Shown here: one piece after another, positions 51,979 through 62,497 of the stretch | Layout of the letters: each line of letters begins with the position of its first letter | Numbering within the stretch: position 1 is the stretch's first letter | DNA from: Seison nebaliae | Taxonomy: Eukaryota | DNA length: 64,000 nucleotides | Reading direction: 5' to 3' | Assembly: GCA_023231475.1 (NCBI GenBank) | Contig: JALJEE010003072.1 | Coordinates: 1 to 64,000, forward strand | Position numbers and translations under genes: made by a program | The notes under the pieces: generated by a model | The model's input: the letters and a program-made list of their open reading frames with translations, nothing else | Database searches by the model: none | What the model was told of the DNA's origin: nothing

Positions 51979-53063
51979 TTGGAGTTACCGTATGTCAACT
52001 TACTTAATGGAAATTCTTCGTCCATCACTGAAGAATTGGAAATAATTCGAACGAAAAGACGAAAATTAGCCATAATATTTAAGAATTTCATTAATAATGA
52101 AAAAAAAAATATTTTGATGACAAAATTTACTACAATTGTCGTAAAGAAAAATGCAAAGCTTACGTCACCGTATCAGGTGGAAAAATTTGGGCGCCCGTCT
52201 GGACCACAACCACGATTCATGCCCCACTCAAATCGATGAGCTGCGTTCGCTGAATACCATAAAGAATGTGGCCGAAACAACAAAAATATCGACAAAGAAT
52301 GTTGTTCTGAAAAATAAAGACATCGTGATTCAGGGAAATCGTCGTCAAAGCACGACAGAAAGAAATATAAGGCGATATCGCTAGAATATTCGAGCGAAAG
52401 AATTACATGAATGTCGATCTGATGCCCTAATACATTCTCTCAACTGTTTGTTTTTGGGATAAAGCGTAATAATCGTCTCATCACACCATTTTACATCCTA
52501 ATGAAAGGTCGAACGAAGAATAGTTATATAGAATTATTCACGAAAATTAAGCACGAATTTTCGATAAAACCACTCTCAATTACTTCAGATTTTGAAACTA
52601 GTTCCATTTTGGCGGCGGAAATGGTATTCCCTGATGCCAGCTTGCACGGATGCCTCTTTCACTTATCGCAATCGATTATGCGGCACGTGGGACAGCTAGG
52701 GATAAAGGAACTATATAAAACGGACAAAGATATTGCGAAGGATGTGAAGAAATTATCCTATCTTTCGTTTATTCCCCCTTTAATGGTAGAAAATACTTTT
52801 AATATGCAGTTATGATTTGTATATAAGGGTGGCGAAAATGCCAAAAATACATACAAATACGTATAAAAGGGTGGCGAAAACGTCGAAAGCGCGAAACAAG
52901 CAGGGTGGCGAACTGTCCATTTTAAGAAAATGAAGCTCAGATTTGTACAAAAGGGTGGCGAAAACAACAAAAGTACATAAGTAGGGTGGCGAACTGTCCA
53001 TTATTATGGTGGCGAACTGTTCGAATGAGAGTGAAAAAAAAAAGTGGCGAAAACACCGGGATT
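51979..53063 (+). mobile_element. Decayed Mutator-like (MULE) DNA transposon: FLYWCH-like finger, partial transposase and right-hand subterminal repeats
   Basis: Frameshifted DKIYYNCRKEKCKAYVTV...DHNH (FLYWCH-like) and QLFVFG...YILMKGRTKNSYIELF...ITSDFETSSILAAEMVFPDASLHGCLFHLSQSIMRHV...LSFIP (MULE DFE and CxFH motifs). Internally deleted and truncated. Confidence 0.85.
52825..53060 (+). repeat. Array of seven GTGGCGAA-core motifs (MULE subterminal repeats)
   Basis: (A)GGGTGGCGAA(AA/CT) recurs at about 52826, 52868, 52902, 52952, 52983, 53008 and 53043 with variable spacers. Confidence 0.8.
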
Positions 53064-53994
53064 CGAAAAATTGTACATACAATCTCATGACATTGGCAAG
53101 TTTCCACCATTTCATAAAGGGAAATTATCAAATAATAATCAGAGTAGTGTACAAACTGTAATAAACTAGTTTTGTCTTCTTTATGAAAAATTATTATATC
53201 ATAAAGATATTACTACAACTATACTACGTATATACTATGTAAAAAGGGTTTATGAAAGAAAAGATAGTGATATTTTTTGTGATAATAAAGATACATGGGA
53301 AGAAACCAAAAAATTATATATTACACAAAACCAATAAAGAAAAGGATTAAAAGATGACAATAATGCAAAGGGTTCAAATTATCAATCATATCATGATAAG
53401 ATTACAAAGAATATTTACATCGAACAAACGGTTTCAAGATTCAAACCTTCCTCATCAACATTATCATTATTTTCTCAATTAAACAACAAACTATTAATCG
53501 TTGTTCTTATTTCTCTACTTAACCATAAATATTGAATTTAATTGATTTCTTTGAATTTAAAATTTGACAATATATCGATAACAAATTTTACTAACCATTC
53601 ACTTTTAAGTTCGTAATGGACAGTTCCTTTTCTCATTTAACTATTAATAAATTATTCGACGATTAACTTTTCTTTTATACTTTCCATTATAAACAAAATC
53701 TTCATTTAAATAAGAATAATAAGCGAATAATCGTCAAATTTCCGTTCGATTAAAATAGAGTTCGATGACGGAATGAGTAATTCATGATATGTTAATGAAC
53801 CTTCATTTTAGAAAGTTTCAGAAGTTTATATTGTTTAACTAAGAAACTACAAGAATATCGTAAAGTAGTGACAGAATTTATCAAAATTTTTTAAGAGATA
53901 TAATTTCTTCCTTTCGTTAGAAAGTTTTGTAAGTTCAACATGATAATTTTTAGTCACCATATTTCGCAAAGTCGTGTTCATTTGATAAGAAGTA

Positions 53995-55153
53995 ATGAAA
54001 CTTGTTTTTAAAATAATTATCATATTATATAACTTTCGAAGAAGTAAATTACAGACATCGGAAAGTGATTATGTTGAATTAATTTACCAAGATGTTTCCA
54101 CCAAAACTGAATTAAAATTATCAGATATTAATGTCATTAGTCCCAATCGTCACGTTTTAAGTTATTGCGATTTTGGTAAGAAGAAATGGTGTGATTGGTC
54201 ACCTCATGGTTTAGAATCGAATCAATGGAGATTTGGCATTATTAATAATCGATCTGCAACATCATTTACCGGTTCTTCTTTTCTACCCAAAATCATCTCC
54301 TTCAAACTTTCCCATCTTATTCGACAGAACAAAACTCGAAACCATATTTATATTTCTTAGTGAATAATGATAAAAATTACGAACATAGTATAATCTCCAA
54401 ATGGATACCATCTTGTGGAAGTATCAATATCCATATCGAATATCGGATTCTTTGGCATCCCGATCATATCGGTATCGATTATATATATGCAAATGAATTA
54501 CGAAAGAGGCGGCATCGTTTCAAGAGAGAAATTGAATCGAATAATTCATTCCGCATTCCACGATCGACGGAAAATGACGACAATTCCGGTTTCGCTAAAG
54601 ATTCATCAATTCGATATTCGTTGACTGGAAAGCATCGAGTTAGTTTTCGAAAGAATTTTTTTTTAATTAAAATTTTTCTTTCAAGTTAATTTTCATCGCT
54701 CGAATTATAAAAAACGAGACTAATGTATCATTAAGATCAGTTTCCATCAAGAAGGTTATTATATTTGGAGAGAATTGTTTGAGGGACGTCTTGTCGAAAC
54801 CAGGAAAAATTATTAGAAACAACAAATCTCAAATGATCCAATCAAGTATAATTGCGCCATATAGTTCTATTTTAATAGTTTGTCAATTATAATATCATCT
54901 TTAAAACGAAGAACATTACTGGGAAATGAATGCATGTAGAAGTTATATAAATGAATTGAGAATATTGAAAGAATCTGGAGATCTTTGGAAACGAGCTTTA
55001 ATTACTCTCAGTCTTGTCATTGGAATAATTTGTTTAATATTTCTAATATTTTTCGTGAGATTCCTATGGATCGAAGACATTTCAATGGTTAAAACAAAAA
55101 AAGCCGTTTACGAATTATTCGGAAAGAGAAAAGGAAAGATTTCGACTCAATAA
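53995..55153 (+). CDS. Single-pass membrane protein with a MAM-like ectodomain; 5' end unresolved
   Basis: YCDFGKKKWCDW...QWRFG...SIISKWIPSC...KHR|LIFIARI...SVSIKKVIIFGENC follows the MAM pattern. Three GTT..AG introns, a C-terminal TM helix ALITLSLVIGIICLIFLIFFV and a basic tail. Confidence 0.55.
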
Positions 55154-55159
55154 ATCTCT

Positions 55160-56398
55160 TTAATTCAATGACAATTGGATGTAAAAGAATTTCATATTTC
55201 CACAATAAAAATGATGGAATTGACGTGAGAAATAATGGATAAGGCCAAATAAGTTATCATCATTCGATGCGAATATTTTCAGTTTTTCAAATTCTTCATC
55301 AACTGCTTCTAAATTTTGTTCCAATCGATTTTTATAATAATCCGTTTCCTCAACAATTTCCTTCACAGAATAATTCGCTTCGATTGCATATCCCAATAAT
55401 TCCTTTAATTCTAATAAATGATATTGTCGACTTTTGCAAAACGATGTGAAATCGACATCGTATGGTGGACCGATAGAAGAGAAATCTAAGAGAATTAAAT
55501 TTCCGTCTTTACCTAAACAATTTCTGATTAATTTCAGATGTTGTAATTTATTATCCAAATATATCATCTGTTCACTCATAATGATGATGTCATATATCGT
55601 GGAATTATCTGCTGTTGTTTGAGTTAAATATTTTCGATATTCGAATTCCATATTCCGATGTTGATTAATACCCATTTTCATACATGTCTGATACACATAA
55701 AGTTGATCTTCAATAATTTTTGCTTGAAAATCCTGTTGACACATTCGACGTAATCGACTCGCTAATGGAATGACATGGGAACCACAAAATAAAATTTTCA
55801 CTTTTCTTCCATCATTCGATTTCCGGTTAATTAGAGAAGATAATCGACGTAACAAAAGTTTTGTATATTCGTCATCGAATTTATAAGAGAATTGAAAGGT
55901 CGTCATAATTTGTTGGGCTTTCTCGAACAATTCCAAATTCATTTCATTAAAATTGTCGAATTCATTATGAAATTGAAATCCGAAATATTCTTCTATTTCC
56001 TTCATTTTCATGATAGTGGTACAAGTTGTATCGGAAATTTTTTGATTAATAATTTCCAGGAAATATAATTTATTATCGAATTCCAATGATTTCTCTTGGA
56101 ATTTTTTTTTCAATTTTGACATGTCATACCGATATAGAGCATCTTCGTTGATGACGATAGTATTTTTGGTAAACTTGCTTAGAATTGCTTTCAAAATGAC
56201 ATGTTCATTTTCTTTCAAACTTTCCAAAAATTTCAAAAGAATTAAATCGAATTCTTTCTCAGAGAATGTCGGTGGATTGTTGTGCAATTGTCTTAGGGTG
56301 AAATGTTGTGAGTGTTTGGAATATTGTTGGACGAAAGTCTTGAGTTTATCATCGAAATCTCCAATTAGGAGGACGGAACGATTATGAAATAATTCCAT
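55160..56398 (-). CDS. Phosphoethanolamine N-methyltransferase-like protein (degenerate class I SAM methyltransferase)
   Basis: The C-terminal half YDIIIMSEQMIYLDNKLQHLKLIRNCLGKDGNLILLDF...FTSFCKSRQYHLLELKE parallels the second PEAMT domain (FDVIYSRDTILHIQDK...WLKPGGKVLISDY...FSEYIKQRGYDL). Intronless. Confidence 0.7.
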   Translation of the reverse strand: MELFHNRSVLLIGDFDDKLKTFVQQYSKHSQHFTLRQLHNNPPTFSEKEFDLILLKFLESLKENEHVILKAILSKFTKNTIVINEDALYRYDMSKLKKKFQEKSLEFDNKLYFLEIINQKISDTTCTTIMKMKEIEEYFGFQFHNEFDNFNEMNLELFEKAQQIMTTFQFSYKFDDEYTKLLLRRLSSLINRKSNDGRKVKILFCGSHVIPLASRLRRMCQQDFQAKIIEDQLYVYQTCMKMGINQHRNMEFEYRKYLTQTTADNSTIYDIIIMSEQMIYLDNKLQHLKLIRNCLGKDGNLILLDFSSIGPPYDVDFTSFCKSRQYHLLELKELLGYAIEANYSVKEIVEETDYYKNRLEQNLEAVDEEFEKLKIFASNDDNLFGLIHYFSRQFHHFYCGNMKFFYIQLSLN

Positions 56399-56493
56399 TG
56401 TCGTAAATGATATTTACATAAATTGTCTATGTGTTTTAGTCGATTGACATTTGGAGAAAAAAAATGGAATATTTGATTTTATTTCTTATTCAG

Positions 56494-58063
56494 TTTCCGT
56501 TTGTAATTTATGCAATTTATGTTACTGAGTTGAGCGATTCTGCTCATTCACCGGAATACTTTCGTAATTTGATCGGTTAATAGGAATCAATTCTCCTTGG
56601 AATGAATAAAAGAGAATTGGAGAAATTGAGAATGAATGAGAATGAAATTAATGAGAAGAAGTTGAGATAAAAAAAAAAGAAAGAAAAAAGAGGAGAGTTG
56701 GAAGAGGAATTGAATGAGTGAATAATAGAATAATTCAACATTTCCTTTTAGACAAGGATGGTATTGTTCGAACATATTATGCTTTACCTGGAAGACATCC
56801 ATTGAAGTTAGAGAGGGCGAAAGTGAAATGTAGCGACAAGAATCTTTATCCGTATATCGATCGGATAGGTCGTGTCTTTCGTACACATATAGGTTTACTG
56901 TGATTTTATCAATATCATTAATGTTCGAATTAATAGAGAGTAAATTAGCGACGATTAACAATGATAACGATCTAAAGATATTAAAACATTACGTGAAAAA
57001 TATGCAAGATATTTATCATTGTATCTGGATCGACGATCGACGTACACTGCCCCTGATGGGATTGAATGAGAGGAAGCAGGACATCTATCGACTACAACCT
57101 TTATGTCCATCGTTATGCGTCGAGAATAATGAATATGTGTTCGTCATTTCATCGATAATATCACAAGAACAAATTCTGATTTGATAGGGTCAATTTAGAG
57201 AAATGTTACGGAGGTGATACTTTATATGAACGACTTGTCGTTTGTGAATTAAGTTAGAAATCGTTCTTCATTATTCAATCTTTGTCATTCGATGGACATC
57301 ATTATGTGAGTGTCGTCCTTCGATCATTGAGACATATGTTCAAATTGGAAAGAATAATTTCTTTTATTCAGATCAAAATATTACAGCGATGTTATTATCA
57401 CAAACATTGTACGTTTATGACAAGGGGAAAACTCCAACATTAAAAGAAATTTATGCCGAGTATATACCCGATCCATTTCCTAATCCTAATTATGATATGA
57501 ATCTTTATTTCGGTATTTATGATCGATGTTCATTTCCATTCTTTTCTCCATCTCCTTTTCCAATTTCTTCTTCCAGTCAACGACGAACAAAAAGAATTAC
57601 ATGTGAATTTCATAAAACGAACCGGGTTATCTATCGTCGAATGATATTTAGAATCTGACTATTCCTTCCAATTTCACTAGGGAGAATGAATGTGTCAATG
57701 AACAACAAATGATTAGATTAGCTTACACTTGGAGTATTAATGTGGGAATATCTCTCTGTTTCCTCATACTCGTTTTCCATTGTTTATTGGCTGTACAATT
57801 CACGAGAAAGTTCATTTTCCTTCGAGGAACTATCAGTTTGAAAAGGAAATTAAAAAGTTCTTTTCACAATTCCAAATTCTTCACAATCTTTCTCCCCATC
57901 AGCTCTGAAGAAAAACTATCTGACTCTTCTCGAAGAAGCTGAAGATCAAGATCGTGCACAAAATAAACGACATTTGTCTAATTCATTCAAAAGTTCCGGC
58001 ACTCCATACAATACACGGAACACAATATTTAGTTACGCAACAAAACAAACAAATTCCTATTAA
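56494..58063 (+). CDS. Multi-exon membrane protein with a C-type-lectin-like region; start unresolved
   Basis: Exons give KLATINNDNDLKIL...HCIWID...LCPSLC...EKC...LVVCEL (CTLD-like spacing), then a TM segment (INVGISLCFLILVFHCLLAV) and a stop at 58061-58063. Some junctions are uncertain. Confidence 0.45.
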
Positions 58064-58416
58064 AATCCATTTTTCCAACCATAAATAACTCGACTCAATT
58101 ATCAGAATAATCCAAATAAATTCGCATTCTGAATAAAGATTATTAATGAGAATAATTGTCAAGTTTTCAGGTAATTCCTCAGTTCTCGACGGTCATTTTG
58201 CCAAGGTAAATTGGAGATCATGGTACGTCGTGTGCAATTTGAATAAGCAGCTTCTGAGAATAGGAAAGGAGATGACAAATGATTATCTTGTAGAACTTCA
58301 TCGATCGCTTTTTGGAATTGTCGGTCGCTAAATAATTTTTATATTGAAAAGAAAATTTTTCTTTCTACCTAAATTTTTCAACTGTTTATGAACTAAATAA
58401 CTACTTGGTAAAGAAG

Positions 58417-61400
58417 ATGTTGCAATGTTTACTTCGAAAGCGATCAATCAAACACATTCTCATTCTCATGGGAAGTTCACTCTGTATTACTTTGATATTC
58501 GGATTCTATGCCACTTCCATATCTTCCAATCACTCTGTCATTGTTAATTTTCCTGATAAAAATTCTAAAAATTCTAATAAATTTTTTAATTCCTAAAATT
58601 TTTATTTTATGGTATATCTATATCTTATGATTATGATGTGTTAAAACAGAGAACAAATACTAAAACTCATCAAAAAGACGAATTGATAAAATCTGAAGAT
58701 GTTCAAAAGAGAAATGAAAAGAAAGAAAAGACGAACATTATTCACGTTTCTCAAGTGTGCGAGAGTATTTCCTTTAAAGACATTAATGGTGGTGTCTGGA
58801 AACAGGGATGGCCAATATTCGTAGAGAAAGAGAATAAGAAAAGATTAAATGTTTTCATTGTTCCACATTCTCATAATGATCCCGGTTCGTTTTATAATTA
58901 ATCATATTTCATCAATTTTTCCTGATTCAGGATGGATAAAAACGTACGAAAATTATTTTGAAACACAAACGAAACATATTCTTGATTCTCTTCTTCACAG
59001 TTTATATGAGGAGCCGAATAAACGGTTTATTTGGGCAGAAATTAGTTATCTTTACTTATGGTGGAATCAAGTTCGTTTTTTTTTCTTTCGATTATTTAAA
59101 TATTTCAATAATAATTCTCCTTAAAAATCATTGATTAGGCATCAAATGAAGATAGGAAACGTATGAAATATATTATTGAAGAGAAGAAGCGAATGCAAAT
59201 TGTGACTGGTGGATGGGTGATGCCAGATGAAGCGAACAGTGACATTTATTCATTGATCAATCAATTAATTGATGGACATCAATGGCTGAATGAGAATATG
59301 CCAAGTTTAAAAATTTATTTAATTTATAAGAAAATAATTATTGGTGATCGATTGATTGATTAGATGTTGTGGTGAATAATGGATGGTCTATTGATCCGTT
59401 TGGATATGGACCAACTAATGCTTATTTGTTGTCTAAATCTCAAATCAAATCAGGTAGTATTATTCAGCGAGTGCATTATATTCTCAAAAAATATTTCGCT
59501 TCAAAACAACAATTAAGATTTTTTTGGAAACAACTTTTTGGTTTCTATTTATTATTATCCGTTGATTTGTTTGCAATATCGATTTATTAGATGATAATGG
59601 AAAATTGACAAAGAATTTAATCGAAACGATGCCATTCTATTCTTATGATGTTCCACATACTTGTGGGCCAGATCCGGCGGTTTGTTGTCAATTCGATTTT
59701 GCGAGAATTCGAGGCTTGCGAGGTCATTGTCCATGGGGGAAAGCTCCAATTCAGATCAATCCGAGAAATATCGCAGAACGGTTTTAATATAATTTATTCC
59801 ATATTAAATTTATCGAAGTTTATTTAGAGCAACAACTCTAGTAGATCAATATCGAAAGAAAGCGTCATTGTATTCGATTGATGGAATGGATGAAGATATC
59901 GTTCTCATTCCGTTAGGTGATGATTTCCGATATCAATCAATTGAAGAATGTAAATATCAATTTCAAAATTATGATAAATTAATTGATTACATTAATGAAA
60001 AAGAACATTTCAATGTAGCCGTTAGTCTTTCTTTTTCGATGTCTCTCACTTTCAATTCTCAGATTCAATATGGAACATTGGAAGAATATTTCAAACAGTT
60101 CGCTGCATTAATCGGTTCAGATATCGATTCCAATTTATCAATTTTAGATGGCGACTTTTTCACATATGCTGATCGTGAAGATCATTATTGGAGTGGCTAC
60201 TTTACCACTCGACCATTTTATAAACGACAAGATCGTCGATTAGGCGCCTCATTACGAATGAGTGACCAATTGTCCGAATGGGCCAGTGACGAAATGTCCG
60301 CGAATGAAAAGATAACTAATTATGATCTTCTCATATCAGCTCATCGTACACTCTCACTCTTCCAACATCATGACGGTATTACTGGTACTAGTGTTCATAA
60401 TGTCGTCCTTGATTATGGTAGCAAGTTCTCTTATTTTTCCTATCAACAACAACAACAACTAAATTTTTCTGCAGATTGAAATTAGCTTTAAGAAATGCGA
60501 ATAAAATCAAAAAAGAATCGATCGAAAATATATTACGAAATAAACAAAAGGAAACAGTTTCAATTGTACTCGACGAAACGGAAACAGAAACCCCATATGA
60601 TCCTCCTCAACGTAATCGAATGGAACTGAATGAGAGAAACAAGTTTAAATAAATTTTTATACTGTATAATTTAAAGTAAATTTTTGTGTTTTCAGTTGCA
60701 AATTCGTTGGGATTACTAATTCCATTCATTTAAAACGAAAAGAATTGATCACCATTCGTATTTCCACGAAACATCCTAAAGATATTTTTGTTAAACATTC
60801 GGAATCGGATGAAGAAATTCCATCACAAATTGAACTCGATTTGTATGTTCATTGTTGTTCGAACCATTTGAGAATAGACAAGGAACTCTATCGAGTTAAT
60901 TTCCCAAAAAACATTTCATAATTTTCTTTCAATATTTCTTATCATTTAACAGATAACATTTCCAGTAAATGTCAAACCATTTTCGATGAATTCCTATGCG
61001 ATATGTTTAGGATCCAATCCGAAAAATATGAAAATTAGTAAAATTGAATTCCACGATTTCTCAGTTGATGGAATTGATGATATTTCAGCTGATTTCATCA
61101 GTCCGACTGATCGATCGAAACCGTTGGAATTAGGAAACTTTTTATATCGATTATCATTCGATCGACAAACAACTTTATTGAAATCGATTGAGAAGAGTGA
61201 CGACATTGAGAAAATGGAAATATCATTTAAAAAATATCAATCATCTACTCGATCCGATCATCAATCCGGTGCTTATCTTTTCCTCCCACAAAATGAGAAT
61301 GGACAAATAATCGAATTAGATAATCCGAAATTTTTAAAATATTCTAACGGACAATTAGAAGAACGAATAGAAACGTTCGTAGGCAATACCATCAAACATA

Positions 61401-62299
61401 CCGTTCAATTGATATCTGTCGGTCTAATGCAACAATCCGTCACCATCAAAAATGAAATAATGTTATCAAATGAAAATGTAGATGTAGCAATGAGAATAAA
61501 ATCGAATGTGGAGAATTATGAAAGATATTTTTTTACAGATTCAAATCGTCATACGATTATGCGTCGTCGTTTTATGAAGAAATTACCATTACAAGGAAAC
61601 GTTTATCCGATGCCATCATCGATTTTCTTGGAAGATAATGAGAGACGACTCACTGTCACTTCAACTCAACCTCTTGGAACTACTAGTCCAGATGTTGGAG
61701 TAATCGAAATATTTTTGGATCGTCGATCAATTTATGATGATAATCGAGGAATGGGACAAGGTGTGACGGATAACGTTAGAACCGAATCCATATTCAATTT
61801 AGTTTTAGAGAAACGTAACTTATTCCAAGAAAAGAATCATCTCAACTCTGCCAATACTTTATTATCGACACTCATTCAATTATCATCATCAAATCCATTT
61901 TTCTTATTTGAAATGAAAAAATCGATGACTGAAATGAAATCGGATTTATTTCCTTGTTCTATCAACGTCGAAGGTAAAAGACGATTATTTAACAACGATT
62001 ACTTAATTGTATTCCATCACATATTAACTGATGAGAAAGCGTTTAAAGAACCGATTCCTGATGACATTTGCATTCCATCAAATAACCACAAAACGGTTTT
62101 CAATTAATTTAAATATTTTAATTTCACAATTTCTTTCTTCTAATAGATATTCGTTCCAATGAAGAGATATATGAAAAGTAAACATTTCAAATCATATTTC
62201 TTAAGCGATTTGACAGGTCAACGAATCATCGAGAAAGAAATTGTCGACGATTCTTTCTCAATGTTTCCCGGAGAAATTAGTTCGGTAATTTATCGTTGA
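58417..62299 (+). CDS. MAN2A: Golgi alpha-mannosidase II (GH38), 12 exons
   Basis: N-terminal signal anchor, then [35 protein letters not shown] (nucleophile), [31 protein letters not shown] and [13 protein letters not shown]. Introns: 58543-58649, 58885-58930, 59071-59138, 59305-59363, 59541-59590, 59781-59827, 60021-60062, 60425-60474, 60643-60695, 60895-60952, 62096-62146. Confidence 0.93.
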
Positions 62300-62497
62300 A
62301 CATTTTACTAATAACTCATTTTGGTGTACTTTCCTTCTTATTCTTTGTTATTGTTTATCCAATATTTAAATTCACTCATTATTTATCTTTCCATTTCCTC
62401 AATTAAAACTGGTATTAAACAGGAATTATATCAAATAAGAGAAAAAGTGAAATAGAAAAAAAAAGTGGCGAAAAATAAATTGTTAAATAAAAGAAAT

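Noticed and set aside
52825..53060. Repeat-spacer pattern resembling a CRISPR array
   Set aside because: Repeats are only about 10-14 bp with irregular spacing, the context is eukaryotic with no cas genes, and they adjoin a MULE transposase.
58417..62299. Fragmented ORFs as evidence of a non-standard genetic code or pseudogenisation
   Set aside because: All breaks are explained by short GT..AG introns that restore conserved motifs under the standard code.
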